Part shown: piece after piece, positions 50,044 through 59,835 of the stretch
How the letters are laid out: each line of letters starts with the position of its first letter
How positions within the stretch are numbered: the stretch's first letter is position 1
From: an uncultured Alistipes sp.
GTDB taxonomy: Bacteria; Bacteroidota; Bacteroidia; Bacteroidales; Rikenellaceae
Direction of reading: 5' to 3'
DNA: 64,000 nt
Assembly (NCBI GenBank): GCA_900770635.1
Contig: CAAGLB010000078.1
Span: 59,857 to 123,856 of the forward strand
Notes under the pieces: model-generated
What the model saw: the letters and a program-made list of their open reading frames with translations, nothing else
What the model was told of the DNA's origin: nothing
Database searches by the model: none
Program-made: the position numbers and the translations under genes

Positions 50044-50334
50044 ATGTACGAAGTTTCTCATCAACTATATCTTGAAGTATGGCAAAGATTGATGGACGAG
50101 ATTGCAGGTCGTGAGTTCTTTGCTGGAAACGTAAGCGTGGTGGCGGGCAACGTAGACTGCAAGCTCACATGCACGCTCATCGTGGGCTACGACCAACTAA
50201 ACGACGCAGGGTGCTCGGGAAGCATAGCATCGAAGATTACGCCCGTATGGTGGGAGTTTCACACCACCGAGGGCAACGAGGAGATGATCAACGACTTCTC
50301 GTTTCGAGAGATGTGCCAAGCAGCAGCCATCTAG
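50044..50334 (+). CDS. Hypothetical 96-aa protein, divergent from the repressor and upstream of the terminase-like gene
   Basis: ORF with good coding look. No recognisable domain. Confidence 0.4.
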   Translation: MYEVSHQLYLEVWQRLMDEIAGREFFAGNVSVVAGNVDCKLTCTLIVGYDQLNDAGCSGSIASKITPVWWEFHTTEGNEEMINDFSFREMCQAAAI

Positions 50335-50450
50335 CCCACCATCTTAAAAGGAGTTTGGCCCGTTCCCACCCCAAAGCGATGCCTTAGCCAAACTATAACA
50401 TGGTGCCACACCGTCAGCATCGTGACGTGCACCACTAAACCCTACATCCA

Positions 50451-51881
50451 ATGAACAATTTAGAACATTTAGGTGCGGAGTTCAGCTTCACGGACTTCGC
50501 ACTAAGGGTATATCCCTTTCTTGAACTTAGCGAGTTTCATCGCACCTACTACCGAATACTGGAGGCATACGCACATGGGCGAATACGCAAGCTCATAGTT
50601 TCTGTGCCACCACAACATGGCAAGAGCGTGGGGGCTACAACCCTACTGCCTGCCTACATGCTTGGCCTCAACCCCGACATGCGCATAGCTATAGCCTCGT
50701 ACTCGGGAACATTAGCCTCGAAATTTAACCGCCGTGTACAGCGAATAATAGAGTCGAGGGAGTATGCCGAGATATTTCCCGACACAACCATCAAGCAGGG
50801 CACAAAGCCACTGGGATACATACGCACCTCGGACGAGGTGGAGATTGTCGGCCACAAGGGCGAGCTGCTGTCGGTAGGCCGTGAAGGCTCGCTCACGGGC
50901 AACCGTGTAGACTGCTTCATTCTCGACGACCTATACAAAGATGCTATGGAGGCGCAGTCGCCTGTGGTGAGAGAGAACTGCTGGGAGTGGTACACCTCGG
51001 TGGTGCGCACACGCATGCACAACACCTCACGTGAGCTTATAGTCTTCACACGCTGGCACGAGGAGGACCTCATAGGCAAGCTTATGGAGACAGAGCGTGT
51101 GCGGCCACTAACATCGTTCGCCGACATTGACAAGGTGGAGGATGACGAGTGGCTATACCTCAACTTCGAGGCTTTGAAGTCGTCGCCCGCAACCGAGATA
51201 GACCCACGCAGCGAGGGCGAGGCGCTATGGCCCGAGCAACACAGCAAGCAGCTGCTAATGACCAAACGTAGGCTCGATCCCCAGCGCTTCGAGGCGATGT
51301 ATCAGGGACACCCTGCCTCGCACGAGGGGCTGCTCTATGGCAACAACTTTCAGGTGTACGATACCCTGCCGCACGACATAATCAAGCGTAGCTGCTACAC
51401 CGACACAGCAGACACGGGCGAGGACTACCTATGCTCGGTAGCCTACTCGGTAGATACCGATGGCGTGATATACCTTAGCGATGTGGTATATACACAAGAG
51501 CCCATGGAGATTAGCGAGAAGCTCGTTGCGGCGATGCTCGTCATGAACGACACACGCATAGCATACGTCGAGAGCAACAATGGCGGTCGAGGCTTTGCCC
51601 GTGCCTTACAGCGTCAAGTACCAAACACCAAGGTAGAGTGGTTTCATCAGAGTGGCAACAAGGAGGCACGCATATTGTCGAACTCGGCAACGGTGCTCCA
51701 CACCCTACGCATGCCTAAGGGGTGGCATCTGTTGTGGCCCGAGTTCTACGCCCACCTGACCACCTTCAAACGACTCATCAGGGCCAACACCCACGACGAT
51801 GCTGCCGACGCCATAACGGGCATTATAGAACGTGAGGTGGGTAGCACAAAGCCAAGATGGCAGAGGGCAAAGTTCTTGTAA
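50451..51881 (+). CDS. Phage terminase large-subunit (TerL) homolog, apparently intact and orphan
   Basis: 476 aa. ATPase Walker A PPQHGKS, Walker B CFILDDLY, coupling motif FTRWHEEDL. C-terminal RNaseH-like nuclease region with acidic residues (TDTADTGEDY.., YVESNNGGRG). Confidence 0.7.
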   Translation: MNNLEHLGAEFSFTDFALRVYPFLELSEFHRTYYRILEAYAHGRIRKLIVSVPPQHGKSVGATTLLPAYMLGLNPDMRIAIASYSGTLASKFNRRVQRIIESREYAEIFPDTTIKQGTKPLGYIRTSDEVEIVGHKGELLSVGREGSLTGNRVDCFILDDLYKDAMEAQSPVVRENCWEWYTSVVRTRMHNTSRELIVFTRWHEEDLIGKLMETERVRPLTSFADIDKVEDDEWLYLNFEALKSSPATEIDPRSEGEALWPEQHSKQLLMTKRRLDPQRFEAMYQGHPASHEGLLYGNNFQVYDTLPHDIIKRSCYTDTADTGEDYLCSVAYSVDTDGVIYLSDVVYTQEPMEISEKLVAAMLVMNDTRIAYVESNNGGRGFARALQRQVPNTKVEWFHQSGNKEARILSNSATVLHTLRMPKGWHLLWPEFYAHLTTFKRLIRANTHDDAADAITGIIEREVGSTKPRWQRAKFL

Positions 51882-51925
51882 GCAAACAGACAAGGAGGGT
51901 CAAGAGCATCGGCCACCACACGACA

Positions 51926-51965
51926 GAAAAAGGGCCTGTACAACCGACAAGGGTTGGACAGGCCC
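51926..51965 (-). terminator. Terminator hairpin shared by the convergent TerL-like and S9 peptidase genes
   Basis: 14-bp stem GGGCCTGTACAACC / GGTTGGACAGGCCC (one mismatch) with an A-run on the plus side (T-run for the minus-strand transcript). Confidence 0.55.
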
Positions 51966-51987
51966 ATAGGTAGCAATATGCTAAATA

Positions 51988-54423
51988 TTAGTAGATCTCG
52001 TTGTTGAGCTCAGGGATGTCAACACTCTGGCAGCGAGTGCCCAACAGGTGCTCCGAGAAGTAGTCGGCCATACGCCAGAAGAAGTACTCGTTCATGTCAC
52101 CGAAGCCATGACGCTGACCAGGCAAGATGAGCATGTCGAAGCGCTTGTTAGCACGAATCAACGCATCGACAACACGCAAGGTGTTACCTGGGTGTACATT
52201 CTCGTCGATGTCGCCATGTACCAACAACAAGTTACCCTTAAGGCGGCTGGCGATCTGTGGGTTAGAGGTAATCTCATACTCGAACTTAATCTCGCCATCC
52301 TGCTCAACCTCCATGATGCCGTGATGCTTCTCCGACCACCAGCGGTTGTAGATGTTGTTGTCGTGGTTACCTGCGCACGACACTGCAACGTCGAAGAAGT
52401 CGGGATACATCAATATCGCCGCTGTCGACATGAAACCGCCACCCGAGTGGCCATGAATACCTACACGGTCGATGTCGATGAAGCTGTGGCGTGCTGCAAG
52501 CTGCTGAGCAGCAACAACCTTATCCTTGAGGCCGTAGTCACGCATATTGCCATAGCCATAGTTGTGATACCACTTCGAGCGGTCGGGGTGGCCACCACGG
52601 TTACCTACAGTGATTACGATGAAGCCCATCTGTGCAAGGCGGTCGGTGCGCAACTGTGGCAAGTACCACGACTGCTCTACGGCCTCGGTCTGAGGACCTG
52701 GATATACGTACTCGATAATTGGATACTTCTTCGTTGGATCAAAGTCATAAGGCTTGTACATCACACCATGAAGGTCGGTGATGCCATCGGCAGCCTTAAC
52801 AACAAATGGCTCTGGGAACTTATAACCAGCATCGAACAATGGCTGCAAGTCCACAGTCTGCAACGTGAGAAGCTTCTTACCCTCAACAGAGTATAGCTCT
52901 GTAGTAGGCGCAGTGTTCACACGTGAATAGGTTGTTGTGAAGTAGCGGCGGTCGTCCGACAACGAGAACTCGCCATTGAAGTCCTTAGGATCGAGCTGTT
53001 TGAGGCCTGTGCCATCGTAGTTCACACGGAAGAGGTGCAAATAATAGGGGTTCTCCTCCTTGTTGTAGCCCGTAGCAGTGAAGTAGATAACTCGCTTAGC
53101 GTCGTCAGCACCAAGAACATTCGACACATGCCACTCGCCCTTAGTAATCTGGTTGATAAGCTTACCATCAGCCGAGTAACGATAGAGGTGTGCCCAGCCT
53201 GTGCGCTCCGACCACTGGATAAACTCCGAGCCACTGCTTACGATTGTTGGGTTCTGCCACTCGATAGATGTCTCCATCTCCTCGCACACAAGCTCCTTGG
53301 CAGTAGCCGTAGCCACATCTACAACGCATAGGTCGGCACGCTTGATGTCACGGCTCTGACGCACAACGTAGAACTTGTCGTTGTCGCCAAGCCATGTAAC
53401 ACGCATTGGGCGCTCGTAGCGGTCAGCATGGGTGTAAGGCTCGTTGCAGATGAAGACCATCTGCTCCTTATACTTGTCCAAATCTACCTTTCTACGCTCA
53501 AAGTTCTCGGTGTCGAACAACTCCAACCAGAAGTCGGGGCTCTGCTCGCCAGGCATCTGATACTTATATGTAAATAGCTCAGGGCGCTTCTTGAGGATAT
53601 TGATAACCCAGAAGTCGATAAGCATAGAGGTGTTGCTACGCACTGTTGCAAAGTGCTTAGAGTCGGGCGACCACTGCAACAACACACGGTAGCGCTCACC
53701 CTCCTTCACCTGCTCTATGCAGTCCTCAAACCAGTGGTAGGCGGTGTCGAACGTAGCGTCGGTAGTAATCTGGTGCTCCACGATTGTCGAGTCCTTAGCA
53801 TCTACTGCGAGCTTCTCGACATCCTCCATCGACATATACCAGAGGTTGTTATCCTTCTGATACACAGCGATGCGGCCATCAGGCGACACGTTAGCCCACT
53901 CAGGAATACGCTTTAAACGCTCAACACGCTTAAGCTCACGCTTAGCCAAGTCCCACTCGTAGTGCAACACAAGAGTCTTGCCCTCATCATCCTTTGGCGT
54001 GTATCTGTTATGCTCGACGTATGCCGCAGCGGGAGTGATGTCAAACTGAACATACTTGTCCTCTTTAAGCTCGATATTCGAGATAGGCAGGTGCTGTGCA
54101 TCGAAAGGATGGCCCGAGTCGAGAGTCACCTTCTCGGCAAGCTCAGCCATCGACCATAGCTCGGTCTGACGACCAGTCTTTGCATCGACAACATAGTAGT
54201 TGATGGCATCACTTGTTCTCCACGAGTACCAGAACTTATCTCCCGACTTAAACCAGTTAGGGCGAATGGTTGTCTGAGGCACCATGCGACGAATCTTTGC
54301 AAGCGAGAACTGCTCGGCAAGGTTGTAGTTAGGCTTCACAGCCTCTGGCTCTGAAGCAGTTAGCGTAGTTGCCGAAGCAAGAGTAGCAACCGCCGCCAAC
54401 AGTAAAGACAGTTTCTTAATCAT
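51988..54423 (-). CDS. S9-family serine peptidase (dipeptidyl-peptidase IV-like)
   Basis: 811 aa. Signal peptide, DPP-IV-type beta-propeller N-terminal region, C-terminal alpha/beta-hydrolase with nucleophile GHSGGG and downstream Asp/His. Confidence 0.8.
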   Translation of the reverse strand: MIKKLSLLLAAVATLASATTLTASEPEAVKPNYNLAEQFSLAKIRRMVPQTTIRPNWFKSGDKFWYSWRTSDAINYYVVDAKTGRQTELWSMAELAEKVTLDSGHPFDAQHLPISNIELKEDKYVQFDITPAAAYVEHNRYTPKDDEGKTLVLHYEWDLAKRELKRVERLKRIPEWANVSPDGRIAVYQKDNNLWYMSMEDVEKLAVDAKDSTIVEHQITTDATFDTAYHWFEDCIEQVKEGERYRVLLQWSPDSKHFATVRSNTSMLIDFWVINILKKRPELFTYKYQMPGEQSPDFWLELFDTENFERRKVDLDKYKEQMVFICNEPYTHADRYERPMRVTWLGDNDKFYVVRQSRDIKRADLCVVDVATATAKELVCEEMETSIEWQNPTIVSSGSEFIQWSERTGWAHLYRYSADGKLINQITKGEWHVSNVLGADDAKRVIYFTATGYNKEENPYYLHLFRVNYDGTGLKQLDPKDFNGEFSLSDDRRYFTTTYSRVNTAPTTELYSVEGKKLLTLQTVDLQPLFDAGYKFPEPFVVKAADGITDLHGVMYKPYDFDPTKKYPIIEYVYPGPQTEAVEQSWYLPQLRTDRLAQMGFIVITVGNRGGHPDRSKWYHNYGYGNMRDYGLKDKVVAAQQLAARHSFIDIDRVGIHGHSGGGFMSTAAILMYPDFFDVAVSCAGNHDNNIYNRWWSEKHHGIMEVEQDGEIKFEYEITSNPQIASRLKGNLLLVHGDIDENVHPGNTLRVVDALIRANKRFDMLILPGQRHGFGDMNEYFFWRMADYFSEHLLGTRCQSVDIPELNNEIY

Positions 54424-54524
54424 AGTATTTAGGTTAAAATATTATCTTAGAATACAAAGATACAAAAAAAAGTGAAAAGGACAAACAAAAAGTGCAGCGA
54501 GCTAAGCAGAGGGAGTTAGTGAGG

Positions 54525-54650
54525 GGAGAGTGGGCATCTATGGGTAATATGAGTTTCTATGAGATAATATGCGTGTGCATAGTAACACCGTAGTAACCCT
54601 TCTTAACCCATAATACCCATACTACCCATAGATACCCATCATAGTTTCTT
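54525..54650 (+). repeat. TACCCAT/GGGTA-rich companion repeat, copy 3
   Basis: GGGTAATATGAGTTTCTATGAGATAATATGCGTGTGCATAGTAACACCGTAGTAACCC..ATACCCATACTACCCATAGATACCCATCATAG. Confidence 0.5.
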
Positions 54651-54665
54651 GCCTCAGCGCACAGC

Positions 54666-54796
54666 ATTTGTTGTTAGAAGGGGTTAGATTTGGCTTATCG
54701 CAAAAGTGAGCACCCGAGGATAGTACTCAAACGTACAGCCTCGGGTGCTCAGCTTTTTGGGATAGGTCAAAGATGACCCCTTATCACAACAAATTA
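54666..54796 (+). mobile_element. MITE-like element, copy 5 (subfamily A, near-identical to copy 1)
   Basis: ATTTGTTGTTAGAAGG..GGTTAGATTTGGCTTATCGCAAAAGTGAGCACCCGAGG..CCTCGGGTGCTCAGCTTTTTGG..CCTTATCACAACAAATT. Terminal TTA equals the proS stop. Confidence 0.65.
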
Positions 54797-56278
54797 ATAG
54801 CTCTTGGCGAATAGAACACGGAACTTAGATGGCTTGCCTGAGAATACGCAAGTACCCTCCTCCTCAACAACATCCATAGGGATGCAGCGGATAGTCGCCT
54901 TGGTAGCATCCTTGATAGCCTGCTCAGTCTCAGGTGTACCATCCCAGTGTGCTGAGATGAAACCACCCTTCTCGGTCAACACCTTCTGGAACTCCTCCCA
55001 TGTGTCAACCTTAGTAATCATCGAGTTACGGTAGTCGAGAGCCTTCTGGAATATATTCTGCTGGATCTCATCGAGAAGTGCTACGATACGCTCAGTAAGG
55101 CCCTCCTGCGACACAACCTCCTTGCTAAGAGTATCACGGCGAGCAAGCTCGATAGTGCCATTCTGGAGGTCACGTGGGCCGAGAGCCAAACGCACAGGCA
55201 CACCCTTAAGCTCGTACTCAGCAAACTTAAAGCCTGAACGCACATTGTCACGAGCATCAACCTTAACAGATACGCCCTTAGCACGAAGCTCCTTAGCAAT
55301 CTCCTCGAAGCGTGCAACAACCTCCTGGCGCTGCTCCTCGCCCTTGTAGATAGGCACCATAACAACCTGAATAGGCGCCAACTTTGGAGGCAACACAAGA
55401 CCATTATTATCAGAGTGAGCCATGATGAGAGCACCCATCAAACGTGTTGACACACCCCACGATGTTGCCCACACATACTCCTGCTTACCCTCCTTCGATG
55501 TGTACTGCACGTCGAAGGCCTTAGCGAAGTTCTGGCCAAGGAAGTGCGATGTGCCACTCTGCAAAGCCTTACCGTCCTGCATCAAAGCCTCGATAGTGAG
55601 GGTGTCGACAGCACCTGCGAAGCGCTCATTAGGCGACTTGTGGCCAACAACAACTGGGACACCCATCCACTCCTCAGCGAATGTCTTGTAGACGTTAATC
55701 ATACGCTCTGTCTCCTCAATAGCCTCCTCGGCTGTGGCGTGAGCAGTATGTCCCTCCTGCCACAAGAACTCGGCAGTACGCAAGAAGAGGCGGGTACGCA
55801 TCTCCCAACGAACAACATTTGCCCACTGGTTGCAGAGGATAGGTAGGTCACGATATGATGTAATCCAGTTTTTGTATGTGTTCCAGATGATTGTCTCCGA
55901 TGTAGGGCGCACGATAAGCTCCTCCTCGAGGCGTGCAGCAGGATCAACAACAATACCCTTACCCTCCTCGTCGTTCTTCAAGCGGTAGTGTGTCACTACG
56001 GCGCACTCCTTAGCGAAGCCCTCAACGTGGCTTGCCTCGCGAGAGAAGAATGACTTAGGGATGAAGAGTGGGAAGTAGGCGTTCTCGTGACCTGTCTCCT
56101 TGAACATACGGTCCAACACATCACGCATCTTCTCCCAAATAGCATAGCCATAAGGCTTGATAACCATACAGCCACGAACTGCCGAGTTCTCGGCCAAGCC
56201 CGCTTTAATAACCAAGTCGTTGTACCACTGCGAGTAGTTCTCGTCGCTCTTGGTCAAATCTTTAAGTTCAACTGCCAT
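54794..56278 (-). CDS. proS: Prolyl-tRNA synthetase (archaeal/eukaryote-like class II type)
   Basis: 494 aa. Class II aaRS motifs and a C-terminal domain ending in the conserved tyrosine (..FAKSY*). Confidence 0.9.
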   Translation of the reverse strand: MAVELKDLTKSDENYSQWYNDLVIKAGLAENSAVRGCMVIKPYGYAIWEKMRDVLDRMFKETGHENAYFPLFIPKSFFSREASHVEGFAKECAVVTHYRLKNDEEGKGIVVDPAARLEEELIVRPTSETIIWNTYKNWITSYRDLPILCNQWANVVRWEMRTRLFLRTAEFLWQEGHTAHATAEEAIEETERMINVYKTFAEEWMGVPVVVGHKSPNERFAGAVDTLTIEALMQDGKALQSGTSHFLGQNFAKAFDVQYTSKEGKQEYVWATSWGVSTRLMGALIMAHSDNNGLVLPPKLAPIQVVMVPIYKGEEQRQEVVARFEEIAKELRAKGVSVKVDARDNVRSGFKFAEYELKGVPVRLALGPRDLQNGTIELARRDTLSKEVVSQEGLTERIVALLDEIQQNIFQKALDYRNSMITKVDTWEEFQKVLTEKGGFISAHWDGTPETEQAIKDATKATIRCIPMDVVEEEGTCVFSGKPSKFRVLFAKSY

Positions 56279-56793
56279 ATCTAAAGTTTTAAATTATTTC
56301 GTCGATACATTATATAATAATCGGCCGCAAAGATACAAAATAAACTCTAATTTTCAAAACCATTTTTAAGAAAGCTCACACCGCAAAACAAATAACCAAA
56401 TTTACAATATTCTAACCGCCGAATCAAGGCTCGTTGTAGCAACATTCTACTACCGAAACAGCGTTGAGCTATTCAATCAATTTTAGTAAGGATTTAGCCC
56501 TAAAAATCAAAATATTTTTTACTCACTAAAAACGATGTAACAATCTATCTATCAGCATATAGCACCACATACCATAACAACCCCACGAGCAAATAGTAGA
56601 AAAATTTAGACACTACCCGATTTTTATAGCTAAAAATTCGTATATTTGCGTACAATATATACGCAAGTATATAGTTTGTAGATTTTTTGTGCAACACGAG
56701 AACCGAGGTGTCGAAAAGCTAAAATAAACATATTTCCACACTTTTGCGAAATGTTGCATGGGGTTTATTAACTACTAATACTTTATTGCATAC

Positions 56794-58176
56794 ATGGTGA
56801 AATCAAATTACATCATCGAGCTTAAGAACATCACCAAGACATTCCCCGACAAGGTGGTTCTCGACGATGTCAGTTTGTCAGTAAAGAAGGGTGAGTTTCT
56901 AACAATCCTCGGCCCTTCGGGTTGTGGCAAGACCACACTACTGCGTCTTTTGGCGGGCTTCAACAGCGCCACAAAGGGTGAAATCAAGATTGGCGGCGAG
57001 GTAATGACCGACGTACCTCCACACTTGCGTCCTGTGAACACCGTATTCCAGCGCTACGCCCTATTTCCAAACTACAATGTCTACGATAATATCGCCTTTG
57101 GCTTAAAGCTCCAGAAGGTCGACAAGAAGGAGATCGAGCAGCGTGTACACCGTGCCCTCAAGATGGTGGGCATGACCGACTACGAGCATCGTGACGTGCA
57201 GTCATTGTCGGGTGGTCAGCAGCAGCGTGTGGCCATAGCACGAGCTATCGTCAACCGCCCACAGGTGTTGCTCCTCGACGAGCCACTTGCAGCGCTCGAC
57301 CTCAAGATGCGCAAGGATATGCAGATGGAGCTCAAGGAGATGCACCGCTCACTCGGCATCACATTCGTATACGTGACGCACGACCAGGAGGAGGCATTGA
57401 CACTCTCCGACACCATCGTTGTTATGAACGAGGGTAAGATTCAGCAGATTGGCTCGCCTACCGACATTTACAACGAGCCATGCAACGCCTTTGTTGCCGA
57501 CTTCATCGGCGAGAGCAACATCCTCAACGCCACAATGGTGCGTGATCGCCTTGTACGATTCATGGGCAAGGAGTTCGAGTGTATCGACGAGGGCTTTGGC
57601 GAGAATGTCGAGGTTGACGTTGTTGTACGCCCCGAGGACGTATATATCATTCGCAACGCCGAGGCAGCAATGTTTCATGGCAAGGTGCGCTCATGCATCT
57701 TCAAGGGCGTTCACTACGAGATGTTTGTCGAGACGCCTGATGGCTACGAGATAATGATTCAGGACTACAACTGCTTCGAGGTGGGCAGCGAGGTGGGCAT
57801 GATGATCAAGCCCGCCGACATCCACGTCATGCATAAGGAGCGCACCGAAAACCATGTCGAGGGTAAGATGCTCGACTCGACACATGTCGAGATTCTTGGC
57901 GAGAGCTTCGAGTGCTTGGCACACGAGGGCATCGTGGCAGGCGACGAGGTGGACGTAGCCTTCGACTTCGACGCTGTGGAGCTCACCGACGACTCGGAAG
58001 ATGGAACATCGTGGGGTACAATACGTTTCATCCTATATAAGGGTGACCGCTACCACCTCACAGTGCGCACCGACGAGAACGAGAATGTCTATGTCGACAC
58101 CCACGACGTGTGGGAGGATCTCGACGAGGTGGGTATTAAGATTGCGCCTGAGGCACTGCGCCTTACCAAGAAGTAA
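56794..58176 (+). CDS. potA: Spermidine/putrescine ABC transporter ATP-binding protein
   Basis: Walker [10 protein letters not shown], signature LSGGQQQR, Walker B LLLDEP. TOBE-like C-terminal region with an extra roughly 90-aa extension. Confidence 0.85.
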   Translation: MVKSNYIIELKNITKTFPDKVVLDDVSLSVKKGEFLTILGPSGCGKTTLLRLLAGFNSATKGEIKIGGEVMTDVPPHLRPVNTVFQRYALFPNYNVYDNIAFGLKLQKVDKKEIEQRVHRALKMVGMTDYEHRDVQSLSGGQQQRVAIARAIVNRPQVLLLDEPLAALDLKMRKDMQMELKEMHRSLGITFVYVTHDQEEALTLSDTIVVMNEGKIQQIGSPTDIYNEPCNAFVADFIGESNILNATMVRDRLVRFMGKEFECIDEGFGENVEVDVVVRPEDVYIIRNAEAAMFHGKVRSCIFKGVHYEMFVETPDGYEIMIQDYNCFEVGSEVGMMIKPADIHVMHKERTENHVEGKMLDSTHVEILGESFECLAHEGIVAGDEVDVAFDFDAVELTDDSEDGTSWGTIRFILYKGDRYHLTVRTDENENVYVDTHDVWEDLDEVGIKIAPEALRLTKK

Positions 58177-58207
58177 TATTGCTAACCATTAAGCTTATTC
58201 TTACAGA

Positions 58208-59002
58208 ATGAATAGTGTGGTAAAATACTTTTCACGACGACGCACATGGAGCATTCCCTATGTGATATTCCTTGCGATATTTGTTGTGTTGCCGCTTATT
58301 CTTATCATGGTCTATGCCTTTCAGTCGAAGAGTGGAGAGTTTTCGTTGGAGAACTTCGAGCGCTTTATCAACCAGCCCGAAGCTGCCAACACCTTCATCT
58401 ACTCGATAGGCATTGCCCTGATAACCACCATTATATGCATCATCTTGGGCTACCCTGCAGCCTACATCCTCTCACGCCTGCGTGTGTCAACAGCACGCAT
58501 CGTGGTGATGCTCTTTATCCTTCCCATGTGGATCAACGTGCTTGTGCGCACGCTCGCAACAGTCGCCCTGTTCGACTTCTTGCGCTTGCCACTTGGCGAG
58601 GGAGCATTGATCTTCGGCATGGTCTACAACTTCTTGCCGTTCATGGTCTACCCCATCTACAACGTGATGCAGAAGATGGACCACTCGCTTATTGAGGCGG
58701 CTGAGGACTTGGGAGCAACGCCACGTCAGGTCTTCACACGTGTGGTATTCCCACTCTCGATACCTGGTGTGGTGAGCGGCATCATGATGGTGTTCATGCC
58801 AACAATCTCGACCTTCGCCATCTCGGAGCTCTTGACAATGAACAACATCAAGCTATTTGGTACTACCATTCAGGAGAATATCAACAACGGCATGTGGCAC
58901 TATGGTGCAGCGCTCTCGCTCATCATGCTTATAATTATAGGTATCACTTCGCTCTTCACCGACTCGCAGTCGGAGAGTGGCGCTAACGAGGGACTACTAT
59001 AA
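58208..59002 (+). CDS. potB: Spermidine/putrescine ABC permease
   Basis: 264 aa, 6 TM helices, EAA-like loop (IEAAEDLGATPRQ). Confidence 0.8.
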   Translation: MNSVVKYFSRRRTWSIPYVIFLAIFVVLPLILIMVYAFQSKSGEFSLENFERFINQPEAANTFIYSIGIALITTIICIILGYPAAYILSRLRVSTARIVVMLFILPMWINVLVRTLATVALFDFLRLPLGEGALIFGMVYNFLPFMVYPIYNVMQKMDHSLIEAAEDLGATPRQVFTRVVFPLSIPGVVSGIMMVFMPTISTFAISELLTMNNIKLFGTTIQENINNGMWHYGAALSLIMLIIIGITSLFTDSQSESGANEGLL

Positions 59003-59826
59003 TGAGGAAGTTTCTATCATGCAGCTACTTGGTCGTATTGCTCGTAATGCTCTACGCACCAATCATCATCATCGCCATCTTCTCGTTCACCGAGTCGAAG
59101 GTGCTGGGCAACTGGACAGGCTTCTCTACCGAGCTATACACCTCGCTCTTTACGGGTGGCGTGCGCTACTCGTTGGTCGATGCCCTGAAAAACACCTTTA
59201 TCATCGCCCTCACCGCAGCCGTAGTGTCGACAATATTGGGCACTGTGGCAGCCATCGGCATCAACGACCTACGCTATGGCAAGCGCCGTGCTATCAACTT
59301 CGTGAACAACATACCTATCCTCAACCCCGATATCATCACAGGTATCTCGTTGTTCTTGTTGTTCGTGTCGTTGGGCGTTACGCAGGGCTACACTACGGTT
59401 ATCCTTGCCCATATCGCCTTCTGCACGCCCTACGTCGTTCTTAGCGTCATGCCACGCCTCACGCAGATGAATCCCAACATCTACGAGGCAGCTCTCGACC
59501 TTGGTGCTACACCTATGCAGGCTATGCGCCGAGTGATCATCCCCGAGATTCGTCCAGGCATGATTTCTGGCTTTATCCTCGCCTTCACGCTCTCTATTGA
59601 CGACTTTGCGGTGACCATCTTCACGAACGGTACTGACGGCTTGCAGACCTTGTCGACATACATTTATGCCGATGCTCGCAAGGGAGGTCTTACGCCCGAG
59701 CTACGTGCCTTGTCGACAATTATTCTTGTTGTGGTTGTAGTGTTGCTCATCGTGGTAAACTATCGTGCCAGCCGCCAGGCAAAGCGTGCCGAGGAGCAGC
59801 AGAAGCAGCTTAAAATCAAAAAATAG
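59002..59826 (+). CDS. potC: Spermidine/putrescine ABC permease
   Basis: 274 aa, 6 TM helices, EAA loop (YEAALDLGATPMQ). Start overlaps the potB stop. Confidence 0.8.
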   Translation: MRKFLSCSYLVVLLVMLYAPIIIIAIFSFTESKVLGNWTGFSTELYTSLFTGGVRYSLVDALKNTFIIALTAAVVSTILGTVAAIGINDLRYGKRRAINFVNNIPILNPDIITGISLFLLFVSLGVTQGYTTVILAHIAFCTPYVVLSVMPRLTQMNPNIYEAALDLGATPMQAMRRVIIPEIRPGMISGFILAFTLSIDDFAVTIFTNGTDGLQTLSTYIYADARKGGLTPELRALSTIILVVVVVLLIVVNYRASRQAKRAEEQQKQLKIKK

Positions 59827-59835
59827 CAAAGGCCT

